Position numbers and translations under genes: made by a program. DNA of 63,465 nt, filler included, from Octopus bimaculoides (lineage: Eukaryota): the NCBI RefSeq assembly GCF_001194135.2. It is 5 parts of 5 records of this genome, joined end to end, with 100 filler letters (N's around TTAATTAATTAA, not from the genome) between each part and the next. Parts side by side here need not be neighbours in the genome. Positions count along the whole stretch, not along the records: positions 26,966 to 42,820 come from NC_068981.1; positions 42,921 to 50,674 come from NC_068988.1; 3 more parts are not named here. The stretch is one strand, 5' to 3'. Shown one piece after another: positions 37,581-49,811 of this stretch. The notes beneath the pieces are model-generated. The model had not been told where the DNA came from and did no database searches. It was given only the letters and a program-made list of their open reading frames with translations. Position 1 is the first letter of the stretch. Every line of letters starts with the position of its first letter.

Positions 37581-38587
37581 AAAAAACAAATACCGGCACT
37601 CATCAGAAGATCCAATGGGATATATACGGCGCTGTCTCTCTGCCACTAGACATCAGCAAGTGCTACATCTTTCAGTTTATGAGCTAGATTTTTCCTAAGC
37701 TATCGAGTGTGCAGCCAGTCGCTCCCTTCGATATTACCATCGCTTCGTGTCTATAGAGATGAGAGAGTAGTTAAGGAGAACTTCTTATTTAGTAAATCTA
37801 TGTTTTTGAGTTTATGTCAATAGATTTTTTTGTATACAATTCAAAGGCAATCTGGGTTTTATGGCTTTTCGTAAACAAATGCGTCTATGTAAACAACCCG
37901 ATCGAAGATAGAAAAGTAGATAATGCATATTTCAAAAGTTATTATTCTTTCATCAGCACCATCCATCGACTATCTCCTAGGTTTAGTGGTATAACACTGT
38001 TGGATAGACCAGTTTGCATATTAAGCACATTCCTGGCAACTGGTACGTACATGTATAAAATCAATAAACTTAAAAGTGAAAACATCGCACTGCTAACAAA
38101 AGTTAAGACACAATATTGACTTGTAAATCTGTGATATTCTTGGCTACAAAACGAAATACTGTTCTCTTGCCACCAATTAATAAGTAGATCTATGAAATAA
38201 TATCTTAGGAAATACCGAACACATACGTTCGAAACTTTGTCAATATAAATGTGACGAACGGTCACATACCGCATGGGCTTAGGAAAGACCTAACTCTGAG
38301 ATGCGATAGTTTCTGACTTCCAATGACATAGAGCTGTTGGCATACTCTTCATGCCAGCTCTTCTGACCAGCGATAGAATTGCGTTTTCCCCTCAAGTTCT
38401 CATATATGGAATCGATTGGTAAAATCGCTTGAAGCGGATCTATGATATTGTATGGCTTGAATATCATTATATCTATTCTACTGACCAACAGAGAAATATA
38501 AGCGGTAACGCAGCAAACCAGAACTCCTGGAATCACCGTCTAATAAACAAAGCCAGTGATAGCTAATTAATTATATATTTTTTGTAC

Positions 38588-38785
38588 AAGGCGGCGAGAT
38601 GGCAGAAACGTTAGCACTCCGGGCGAAATGCTTAGCGGTATTTCATCTGTCTTTAAGTTCTGTGTCCAAATTGCCTTTCATCCTTTCGGGGTCAATAAAT
38701 TAAGTAACAGTTGCGTACTGGGGTCGATCTAATCAACTGGACCCCTCCCCAAAACTTTCGGGCCTTGTGCCTAGAGTAGAAAAGA
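38588..38785 (+). mobile_element. Full-length SINE family A (tail A2) with 15-bp TSD
   Basis: Head ggcggcgagatggcagaaacgttagc and tail tttcgggccttgtgcctagagtagaaaaga. TSD ATATATTTTTTGTAC (38573-38587) / ATATATTCTTTGTAC (38786-38800). Confidence 0.9.
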
Positions 38786-39057
38786 ATATATTCTTTGTAC
38801 GTTTTCAGTTCAATTTCTTCATTCTTTCAATAATTCTTATAAGACTGATAGAGGTAGCTGAGTTTAACTATTGGCGTTAAGGGTAACTGATGAAGATTAA
38901 GATGGTCTACATCAAAATCTGAAATATCGATCCGGCTATGTGCGCAATGGACTTACCTCCCTTTATCAGTCATTAAATTCAGTGGTTTTAAGTTATTTTA
39001 TCTCTTATTCTTAGCAAAGTGGTACTAGTCATTACCATTTGTCACTTTGGTAACCTC

Positions 39058-39095
<38 letters not shown>

Positions 39096-39195
39096 NNNNN
39101 NNNNNNNNNNNNNNNNNNNNNNNNNNNNNNNNNNNNNNNNNNNNNNNNNNNNNNNNNNNNNNNNNNNNNNNNNNNNNNNNNNNNNNNNNNNNNNN

Positions 39196-40106
39196 AATAC
39201 ATTTCGTTTTCAAAATTTAATAGAATCTACAGACATTATTTTATTATTTTGTCAACGCCTGTTTTCAAACTAACGTCCATTCTAGTCCATGCACTGTTGA
39301 CAACGCGAAACAATGGAAACGCAAACATCACGAAACAATTCGTTTGGTGTTTGTATGTATTCTAGTTCAATGGCTGCTCTCAAATCAGCGACTGTTGCAG
39401 GTTTCATAACGTAGACTTTGTCTTTTAGGTATCCCCATAAAAAAAGTCTAGTGATGTGTGTTATGATGAATGGGAAGGATATTCAGCAAAACACCTTCGT
39501 CCAATCCACTTGTTTGGAAAGTTCTCAAGGAAGGAGGTAGCGTAGGGGTGCCCCGTCTTGCTAAAAATAAAACTCCTCGTCTTCAAAGTCTTATCAAGTG
39601 CTTGGCATGACAGACTGTTGCAGAAAGTTCAAGTAAATGGGACCAGTGACAATAACGTCAAAACACTGTAACTCCTGGTAAATTAACATGGTGTTCCACC
39701 ATAACATGCGGATTCTGAGGTCCCTAGTAGGTGCAATTGTGGCGATTAATTGAACCATTTAATTTGAATGTGACCACATCATTCCACACAATCTTCGTTG
39801 GAAAATGTGCATCTCCTCCACATCGGGCCAAGTACCACTTACAATACTGCACTCTTCGGTCTGAAACATTATCATTAATAACTTGGACTAATCTTAGAAC
39901 GTAACTTTTCCATTGACAACACATCAAAATGCGTTAGGCAGACGATTTTGAAATATTTACCTCATGACTCGCTTGTCGCACAGATCTTCTTGGTCTTTAG
40001 TGATACGTTTCCAGCACTCTTTCTTGCTTTGTGGGGGTTGTCTTCCGGAACGTTTCTCGTGGACATTCTGAACAGTTCCATCGGCTTCAAACTTATCTCA
40101 AAATCT
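39196..40106 (-). pseudogene. Tc1/mariner transposase remnant, DD41D (rosa/Visitor)-like
   Basis: Minus frames read DKFEADGTVQNVHEKRSGR, then RVQYCKWYL...[21 protein letters not shown], then QDGAP...FPNKWIGRR...LDFF/WGYLKDKVY, then KPATVADLRAAIE...SRCQQC. Multiple stops and frameshifts. Confidence 0.85.
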
Positions 40107-40139
40107 AATATTCTTTAAAAAGAAGAATAAATATATTTA

Positions 40140-40300
40140 CATATGTATGTGTGTGTGAGTGTATGTGTGTATGCATGTAGGTATGTATGTATGTATGTAT
40201 GTGTGCATGTATGTATGTGTGAGTGAGTGTATGATTGTGTGTGTATGTATGTATGTATGTATGTATGTATGTATGTATGTATGTATGTATGTATGTATGT
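40140..40300 (+). repeat. (GTAT)n/(GT)n microsatellite
   Basis: Direct reading of the sequence. Confidence 0.95.
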
Positions 40301-42161
40301 ACTAAACTGTGCACTAAGTAACTGAGTCACTATCAATTACTATCTCGATTGAAACAATACATGTCTTAATCGAAATTGTGTTAACAGTGAAAACAAAGGA
40401 ACTGATACATGTTTAACAACATTATATTTAGTGAGACGTGAGGAGTCGAGCTGTTAAATCAATAATTTTCCTTTTTATTCATAGCAAAGTAAATTTATAT
40501 CAGATGCGACGCTCGATAAGGAGCAACGAGAAAAGGAAGAAATGCTCTTATCATAAAAATCATCTTTACATTGAGAACCATAGCTAAATTCAGTTCATAA
40601 AGTTTAATGACTGAGTTTTAGAACAAACATTTCTCACACATTGATAGAGACAGGAAAGTTATCGAACAAGAAGTGTGTTTGTCGTGTTTTGCTTTCATAA
40701 TTTCAGTATGTATCTATCATTTCTTTAATGTTTTGAAAAGAGATGAAATGATTGAAAGAGAAAGCGAGTGTATGAATAAGTGTATTAATGTACTCGAGGC
40801 TCACTGACCAAGGCAGACGAACGGACAGTGTAAAAGAGAGAGAGAGTGTGTGTGTGTGTGTATACATATTAACATACGCCAGTCTGGGGTATCAACCGTA
40901 AGCTGAGCTAGCACCACCTCTTTCTGATTAGTTTCCAAAAGGAGCTTCCTTATATACTATGTTATGGTCTGAGAAGTTGCTGAGAAATAGCTAAACCGTG
41001 TTGATTGTCCAGTTATAACCAATGACAAGAGTCATACTGATTTTATAGATTTATTCACATTTTGGCGCAAGTTTATGCATTGCAATTGTCAATGGAATGT
41101 TGCTTAACAATTCCAGATGAAGAGGTAGTTGATAACCAGTAGAATTATATTTACAGATGAGTAACGGATGGACAACGCCAAGTCGAATAGAAGTCGACAT
41201 TCCACATATATTGGTAGAGGGTCACCAGTTACAACGCAGTGTATGTTGCAGAGTGTATTTTTCTCTTAACCAGGTGTCGCATGTCGGAAATAAATCTGTT
41301 TGCTTCATTTCTCAGAAGGGAGAGTAAAAAGTTTAAGAATAAAATGGATAAAAATGGATGATTGAAAAGTCGAGATTTTAATTCATCAGATGTTCATTGT
41401 TAAAACGACTACATCGGACACGTCAGTCTGACGGAGAACTGCAGGAAAAAAGAAGGAAAGTTCTTTCCACATAATGATGTACATGTTGAATGGTTCAGTA
41501 ATGCTTGATAAAATATTGTAGTCAATTTCATCTAACTAAATGGTCATGTTGTGCAAAGGTAGACATAATAGAAAATGTGGTGAATAGAGAGAAAGAGAAA
41601 GTGTATACTGTGGATGTCATCTGCCTTAGTTGTAAGTTAGGAGTTTAGCAAAGATAGTTCGTATTGCAGAATCTCATTGTTGGCCAGACTATTTGTTAAA
41701 ACAAACAGCTGACACTCAAATAACTATCGATGTGAACGTTTCATTGCGTCCGCTTCTATTCTCTCTCTGTGTAAAGGAAAATATAGAAGGTTCTACTAAT
41801 TTTCAGCCAACAACCTTGATTGATTGGTTCAATGCCCACATCATCAGTTGATTTAATATACGTTTGACAACCTTAGTAGCCAGCTTTTTACTAACGTCGT
41901 CTGTCAATTTGATGAGTATTGAAAAACCTTCAGTGATTTGCATTTTACTGACGTCAGTCAATAAGCCAGTTGTTTATCCACATTGTTTTTTCTGAGAAAT
42001 AACTTGTCATGGTTTCAAATTTAGGCAGAGACCTGCTGTATATGCAAAATAGACATGTATTTACACGTGTCAGCACATTTTTTTCTTTTAGATCTTTATG
42101 CAACTTCGGTTAAATTTGTATTTTTAAATACAGATACATATTTGTCATGTGTGTGTTTATA

Positions 42162-42195
<34 letters not shown>

Positions 42196-42482
42196 GATGA
42201 TACTGATGAGGATAAAATATTGAAAGTGTAGTTATAAAGTGCTCCAAATGCAACACATGTAGAATGGAATGGTTTTGCACATCTATTGTTGAGCAATTGT
42301 GCCGTTTCATTAATATCCTGCCGAACGTCGACATTTCCCTGCGGAAAAATATGGAAGTTTACCTATAACAGAAAGGCACCCTACATAATGTAAACTTTAA
42401 CCCTCATTCAGTTACCTCTAAGGAAGCTGGAGATAAATGGCAACTTGGTAAATCCTAACAAGTGAGAAAAATATTAACTATA

Positions 42483-42797
42483 GGCGCAGGTGTGGATGTG
42501 AAGTTAGAAGTTCCGGGTTCAGTTCCACTACATGGCGCCTTGGGCAAGTGCCTTCTACTATAACTTCGAGCCGACCAAAACTTTGCTAGGGGATCTGGTA
42601 GATGGAAACTGAGAGAAGTCCATCATGCGTATATGAAGGTGTGTGAGAAAGAGTGTATGTGTGTGTGTGTATATATATTTGTGTGTGTGTGTTTGTCTTT
42701 GTCCCTAACCACTGTTGAACAACTGATGTTGGCTTGTTTACTCTCCCCGTAAGCTAGCAGCTCGGCAAGAGACCGATAGAATAAGCATCAGGCTTTA
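42483..42797 (+). mobile_element. Composite SINE BC, forward orientation, runs into gap
   Basis: ggcgcaggtgtgg...gggttcagttcc...gccttgggcaagtgccttct, then a (GT/TA) tract, then tttgtcc...ccccgtaagctagcagctcggcaagagaccgatagaataag. Confidence 0.85.
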
Positions 42798-43100
42798 ATA
42801 TATATATATATATATATATANNNNNNNNNNNNNNNNNNNNNNNNNNNNNNNNNNNNNNNNNNNNTTAATTAATTAANNNNNNNNNNNNNNNNNNNNNNNN
42901 NNNNNNNNNNNNNNNNNNNNGACTTACAAATATATATAACATACAGAAAATTGCACTACTGGGCATTGCACACATCCTACGCAAAACACTTTCAATACAG
43001 TATCCATAAGAGCATCACAGCAAACCACAGCACATACCCAAGGCGCACAGAGCTGCGCTCGGTAGTGAAGTGAAAGCATGTTATAAAAATAAAACTACTG

Positions 43101-43133
43101 AACAACAATAATAATAATAATAATAATAGTAAT

Positions 43134-43184
<51 letters not shown>
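43101..43184 (+). repeat. (AAT)n microsatellite
   Basis: Direct reading of the sequence. Confidence 0.95.
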
Positions 43185-43489
43185 TTCTTTATTTGCCACA
43201 GGGGTAATGTACCAAATGATATTACAAGGGAACATTTTGAAAATGACGGTGGTATTCTTAGGATCGATTGTACAAAACACATGAGTGGTAAAGAATTGTA
43301 TACAAAAGGGATTATATAACGTATCACGATAGGCATACAGTCCCTTAAAGTCAAGAAAGAGGCCTCCCGAATCAGAGATTACTCTTACCGCCAAGGGCAA
43401 GTACTCTCTCTATCTCTCTCACCTGTTACTCTCATTAGTTCCGACAAAACAACCTCCGTGTTTCTTGTTGAAGTTAGTTTGATTGTTTA

Positions 43490-43830
43490 CCCTGCTACCA
43501 TGTTATAATATTTATTTATTTTCTTAATCGCCTCTTCTAATGTGATCTCTAGATCCCGCTCTAATTTATTGTTTTGTAGCCTCACTTTCTTACTAAACCC
43601 TATCGGTTCTGCTCCAGTAGATCTCTTCTGAAAGACCCACTGTATTAGAGGAATATGAATTAAATGCATGAACCAAATGGTGTCAGTGGTTTTGTAACAT
43701 GATTCCTGAAGAAGTAAGTCTAATTTAGCCAGTATGACAACTTCATATGTCATTGGACAGACCCTACTAAGAAACGAAGGATCTTGCTTGGGTTAAAGCA
43801 CCAGGAAGATAGAAACGTGGTCAAGTCTTA
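43490..43830 (-). mobile_element. Possible L1/Tx1-like ORF2 post-endonuclease fragment
   Basis: PIGFSKKVRLQNNKLERDLEITLEEAIKK resembles the L1/Tx1 coiled linker region. The match is weak. Confidence 0.35.
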
Positions 43831-43835
43831 TCATT

Positions 43836-44098
43836 AAAATAATAAATAAATGCGCCCTTTTAAAGCCTAGCCAGGCTCATGGTCCCGGTTTCCCGGTTTC
43901 AATGGCGTATGTGTTCCCCAGCTGGATGGGACGCCAGTCCATCAAAGCGTTACTCATTTTTGCCAGCTGAGTGGACTGGAGCAACGTGAAATGAAGTGTT
44001 TTGCTCAAGAACACAACGCGTCGCCCGATCCAGGAACCGAAACCACAATCTTACGATCATGATGCTGACACCCTAACCACTAAGCCACGCGCATCCAC
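43836..44098 (-). mobile_element. Full-length tRNA-derived SINE family G
   Basis: Minus strand carries A box TGGCTTAGTGG, B box GGTTTCGGTTCC, body gagcaaaacacttcatttcacgttgctccag, and a (TTTA)n tail. Confidence 0.9.
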
Positions 44099-44839
44099 AA
44101 ATCTTATCATTACAGGCTATTTAACATGATGGATCGGTTTCCGTAAGTCTTCTGCACCAGAAACGATGCGTTCAACCGGTTATCTATCTGCGTACCATAT
44201 CTATGTTNNNNNNNNNNNNNNNNNNNNNNNNNNNNNNNNNNNNNNNNNNNNNNNNNNNNNNNNNNNNNNNNNNNNNNNNNNNNNNNNNNNNNNNNNNNNN
44301 NNNNNNNNNNNNNNNNNNNNNNNNNNNNNNNNNNNNNNNNNNNNNNNNNNNNNNNNNNNNNNNNNNNNNNNNNNNNNNNNNNNNNNNNNNNNNNNNNNNN
44401 NNNNNNNNNNNNNNNNNNNNNNNNNNNNNNNNNNNNNNNNNNNNNNNNNNNNNNNNNNNNNNNNNNNNNNNNNNNNNNNNNNNNNNNNNNNNNNNNNNNN
44501 NNNNNNNNNNNNNNNNNNNNNNNNNNNNNNNNNNNNNNNNNNNNNNNNNNNNNNNNNNNNNNNNNNNNNNNNNNNNNNNNNNNNNNNNNNNNNNNNNNNN
44601 NNNNNNNNNNNNNNNNNNNNNNNNNNNNNNNNNNNNNNNNNNNNNNNNNNNNNNNNNNNNNNNNNNNNNNNNNNNNNNNNNNNNNNNNNNNNNNNNNNNN
44701 NNNNNNNNNNNNNNNNNNNNNNNNNNNNNNNNNNNNNNNNNNNNNNNNNNNNNNNNNNNNNNNNNNNNNNNNNNNNNNNNNNNNNNNNNNNNNNNNNNNN
44801 NNNNNNNNNNNNNNNNNNNNNNNNNNNNNNNNNNNNNNN

Positions 44840-44906
44840 GGTGATCCAGCATGGCCGCAGTCAAATGACTGAAACAAGTAAAGAGTAAAGAGTAAAGAGT
44901 AAAGAG
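44840..44906 (+). mobile_element. 3' tail of composite SINE BC with (GTAAAGA)n end
   Basis: ccagcatggccgcagtcaaatgactgaaacaagtaaagagtaaagagtaaagag. Confidence 0.85.
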
Positions 44907-46881
44907 ACATTCCCAACGTGTACCAAACATGCCGTTCCAGTCACCCTTTAACATTAACGAGCGAGAATACTTCTAGACGCCTGAAGAAGTTTAACTGATG
45001 GACTCTAGTTTGGGAAGAAATGACCACTAGTTTAAAGATACTGACTATGCTGCTGTTCACATTCTGGACCACCAGTCTATTGGGGGGGGGGGTTAAGGAG
45101 ATCTTCCTACGTCGAAAACCAGGTCTCTTTCAAAAGCAGTAGTACCACTTGGCTCTATTTAGATTGAATGAAAGAGCTGTATAGTTCGTAGTCACCCAAA
45201 AGAAGCATAGATGAGTTCATGTCGTAAATTCTGTTTCCGCTTAAGGCTATCACGCCTATATGAAGTCATCGTTAAGAAAGTAACCTTGTTTCCAGGCCTA
45301 ATTCATATCATGTGCATTCATACAGCTTATGATACAATCACCTTGACTGAATGATACACTTACCTTGACATGAAACAGTCACCTTGACTGTGGTCTCAAA
45401 GATGGGTTATCTTGGCTTCGGCGTCTTTATTTATTGTCATTTGGGGCTTGAATAACATACTCTCTCTCTATCTCTCTCTCCATTACTTTGTTTCAAGTGG
45501 CGTCAGAGATGAGACCCTTAGTTCACGCTGTGTTTAAGGGGAAGCTTCTGTTAGAAGCTATTGTTATTTCTATTATTTTTGTTCCTCTTTATTTCGATGT
45601 TTTTTTATTCCCTGGTCAGTCTTAAGTACATCTATAGTCGAAAACATCATCGTGTTTTTCTTTTTCTTTTGTGCGCACACTATTTCAAATGTTTGGTTAC
45701 CCGATTCATTCTTCCTTTCCTAAGACAAGAGCATATGATTAGAGTTAAACCTGTTTACTACTTCACGCATGTCGATCCACTACTTAGAGGTTTCCTCCAT
45801 TCACTTAGTTGAGGATTTGCTTCTCTCTTCAGTAACTGCTTGAGTGTTGGTTACTAATACTGGGACTCGTTAGCTTGTTCGTCGTTCTCATCCCGACTAC
45901 TCAGCGGCTGGTCACTGGGAGGCGACGATAGAAGTCCATAATATTTTGCTTCGGTTGCTTTGGATTCGCCACAAATCAGATTTAATCAAGTAGATTTATA
46001 TGCAAAATCGCCCCTGCAATACCAGCCTGTATTTTCCAAACCTGAACTGTATTTTTCAATGTCTTCTTCCGTCTTCAAAGCGGTGGTAGGTTGTGATTTG
46101 AGGGAGAGTTAGCTACAATTTCTAAGAGCTCGAGTTGGTTGGTTATGCTTGTTGTCGCCTTTGCTAGTGTTCTTGTTGCTATCGTTTGTATTCTGACTGA
46201 AATGCTGTTTCTTATTATTGTAACGTTGTTGTTGTTGTTGTTGTTGCTGCTGTTGCTGTTACTGATGTAATTTTCCCACGCATCAAATCTTTACGTATCC
46301 TTCATCTCCTGAAACGAAACCTCTAAATTTTTTTTTGTATATTGCCATCAGCTTCAAGTTCTTCGTCTTTGGACTATTGTACTAGCATGACCTTGTACCT
46401 TCGTGCATCAACATGAAGTCAAAATATCGATCCCTTCCCAGCTATTTCTCACATTTGTCTATAAATAACAACGACAAGATATCCAAAATTTTTAATGAGA
46501 TCCCCAGCGACCTCTATGAGTATCTTGGTGTTCATAAAATCTGACCTTCATAAACCTTAAACGTTCACTAGACCCCCCCCCCAAATCAACCACATTGTTA
46601 CAAGATTATGCGTGAGCAGTGTTCTTTCAAAATATTGTCAAATCTTCGATATCTCTCTGTGAGCTTTCAAAGTCACGTTGTTTGTTCGGAATTACATCGA
46701 AACATAATTAACTTTTCTCAGTGTTTCTTCACATAATTATTTTAGAGCAAGAATCCTTGCACCTTGCTGACTTATAGTCGTCCCTCTTCCATGTATCTTT
46801 TAGATCACCCTTTTGAGATTCAATTGTTGCGTGCAAATATGACTTGCACTAAATTTTCTCTCTCTCTCTCTCTCATCATAT

Positions 46882-46932
<51 letters not shown>

Positions 46933-47111
46933 NNNNNNNNNNNNNNNNNNNNNNNNNNNNNNNNNNNNNNNNNNNNNNNNNNNNNNNNNNNNNNNNNNNN
47001 NNNNNNNNNNNNNNNNNNNNNNNNNNNNNNNNNNNNNNNNNNNNNNNNNNNNNNNNNNNNNNNNNNNNNNNNNNNNNNNNNNNNNNNNNNNNNNNNNNNN
47101 NNNNNNNNNNN

Positions 47112-47187
<76 letters not shown>

Positions 47188-47809
47188 TACACATACGCAC
47201 AGCACACACTTCCATAACTACTGCTATTTGTGCTGATTATGTTGTCAGTACATCACAATCGTTATTGTGACTTTTATTATTGATGTTATTGTCACACATA
47301 TGCCTATACTTACTATTTTTCTTTTTGTCTGTTTGCTAATATTTTCCTTTTTATTGGCAAGAGTGTTTTTTTATAGTAGATTACTTCTACGTAAGCAATT
47401 GCTGCCAATCCACAAAAAACATACATTTTCTTTCCACGCTTCCTTCAGAAGAAAGAAGGTGCTAAACCGTATTTTGGCAATTATCGTCAGAATCGTGGCT
47501 GTTCTACAATGAAATCGTCTTCCTGCAATGGAAAGCATATATAACATATAACGGCAGCTACCAAACTATGTGGCAAGGAATTTCGTTTCGTAAATCCATA
47601 TTTCTCTGTTCAAACCCACTCTGCGGCATTTTAGGCGAATCCCTTCTATAATAACGTTGGGCCAAACCAAGCATTCTAAGTGGAACTGGGCAGATATAAA
47701 TTACTTGAAAGCCCTTTGCATGCATTGCAGCTATTTGTAGGTTTTAGATCTCAGTCTTTTGCAGCGTTCCGTCCTCTCTGCCACCACTGAAGATGAAGTC
47801 TGTATCTTG

Positions 47810-47955
47810 CTCTTCTTCTTCTTCTTCTTCTTCTTTTTCTTCTTCTTTTCTTCTTCTTCTTCTTCTTCTTCTTCTTCTTCTTCTTCTTCTTCTTCTTCCA
47901 TACCCGCCTCACTACCACCCCTGCCGCCGCCGCCGCCGCCATCACCACCACCACC
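47810..47955 (+). repeat. (CTT)n followed by (CCG)/(CCA) trinucleotide tracts
   Basis: Direct reading of the sequence. It explains the poly-S/E/K/F ORFs. Confidence 0.95.
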
Positions 47956-47991
47956 AGTACTTGAGCAGGATGTAATTTTATCACCAGGAGA

Positions 47992-48337
47992 TGTTGTTGT
48001 TGGCACTCCGTCGCTTACGACGTCGAAGGTTCCAGTTGATCCGATCAACGGAACAGCCTGCTCGTGAAATTAACATGCAAGTGGCTGAGCACTCCACAGA
48101 CACGTGTACCCTTAACGTAGTTCTCGGCGATATTCAGCGTGACACAGTGTGACAAGGCCGACCCTTTGAATTACAGGCACAACAGAAACAGGAAGTATGA
48201 GTGAGAGCAATTGTGGTGAAAGAGTACAGCAGGGTTCGCCACTATCCCCTGACGGAGCCTCGTGGAGCTTTAGGTGTTTTCGCTCAATAAACACTCACAA
48301 CGCCCGGTCAGGGAATCGAAACCGCGATCCTATGAGT
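47992..48337 (-). mobile_element. SINE family D, near full length
   Basis: Minus-strand B box GGTTTCGATTCCC near 48320. The body matches 10032-10251, with a (CAA)n tail. Confidence 0.85.
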
Positions 48338-48395
48338 ATAAAAAGCGAAGTTGGTCTTCGAAATCAGAACGTAAATCATTTCTTCCAACACTGCA

Positions 48396-48973
48396 TTATC
48401 CTTTCTAGCCTCGGTACGAGGCCTGAAATTTTAGGGGAGGGGGCTAATCGATTACATTAACCCTAGTGCTCAACTGGTATTTATTTCATCGACCTCGAAA
48501 GGATAAAAGGTAAAGTCGGCCGTAGTGGCATCTAAACTCAGAACGTAAAGCCGGAAAAGATGCTACTAAGCATTTTGTCCGGCGTGCTAACGATTTTGTC
48601 AATTCACTGTCTAGTCATAACTGCATGAAGCTAACAATTTTGATGAGAGGAGAATAGTTGATACCATCAACCCAAGTACTTGAATTTATAATGTCTTCCT
48701 TGAAAAGATGAACTCTAAAGGGATTTGAAATCTAGACATAAAAAGCAAGAACGAATACCGCAATGCATTTTTGTCAACGTTCTCACAATTTTTTTCAGCT
48801 CTCCACCATGATCATAACAATATACAGCTTTCTACCATAGGCAGAAGACCAGAAATTTCGGAGAGGGCTAAATCTATTACACCAACTCCCAGTACTCGAC
48901 TGCTATTCATTTTATCGACCCCGCTAAGTATTTTGTCCGGAGAGCTAACGGTTCTGCCAGCTTTCCGCCTTCG
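48396..48973 (-). mobile_element. Three tandem, co-oriented family A SINE copies of differing decay
   Basis: Copies at ~48396-48608, ~48630-48785 (very decayed) and ~48828-48973. Confidence 0.7.
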
Positions 48974-49094
48974 CAATAATTCTAATTCAAAGCAATGTCT
49001 CTTATAACTTCTAATCTTAACTGCTTGGAAATGTTTGCATGTACATATTTTCCCTTCGTGTAAGAGAAGAGCTACATCAAATATTCTGATCAAT

Positions 49095-49500
49095 GTTAGT
49101 GATTTGCTTGTCAGTTGCTAGTCCTTAACCAGTTGAGCATGTCCCTTAGTGACTGACGATATGTGCATCTCTGATCACGAGCAGAAGTAGTGGGGGAGCA
49201 TCATAGCCATGTGTTGAGAGGAATTTGGGGTGGGGGTAAATATTTCACCTCTGGAAGCACGGGTATTCTATTCATCATCCTTAAACTGCCTTTATTCAAG
49301 GACCTTTCCAGCAGGATTGGCCACTGGGCCTGAAGAAAATTCTGAGCCTCAACTGCAAGGTCATGGGTTGTCTATCTTCAAGTGAGATCATCATGTCGCG
49401 CTGATATGGTTATGATGCATGCGCTTGGTGTACCCTTATTAGACGGATAATTATGGTGGTGGGTATATTGGGCTTCGTATATTTGATGATGACGATGATG

Positions 49501-49587
<87 letters not shown>

Positions 49588-49588
49588 T
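49095..49588 (+). mobile_element. Repeat family E with (GAT)/(AAT)n tail
   Basis: Inverted homolog of 19774-20223. Confidence 0.8.
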
Positions 49589-49739
49589 TTCCTCTGTCTT
49601 TCCTCTGACGTTGTAAATGGACAAGTTGGTGTGTTTATTTTAATGGCCTAAAAATGTATACAGCGCGTTTCTCTGCCCTAGGTGTCGAGAAGACACTCCG
49701 CAAGAAATGGAAACAGAATTGAAAAAAGATGATAATGAA

Positions 49740-49811
<72 letters not shown>

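Noticed and set aside
41790-41965. Minus 57-codon protein-like frame (GLLTDVSKMQITEGFSIL…)
   Set aside because: It is short, preceded by an in-frame stop with no usable acceptor, and no family is recognised.
45860-46260. Minus-strand Q/N-rich frame (QQQ…RYNNKKQ…TEEDIEKYSSGLENTGWYCRG…) as a pseudogene
   Set aside because: It has in-frame stops about every 45 codons. The poly-Q is a (CAA/CAG) microsatellite, and the middle matches repeat family H.
47731-48067. Poly-E/K/S/F/P ORFs as low-complexity proteins
   Set aside because: They are translations of (CTT)n and (CCG/CCA)n tracts running into SINE D.
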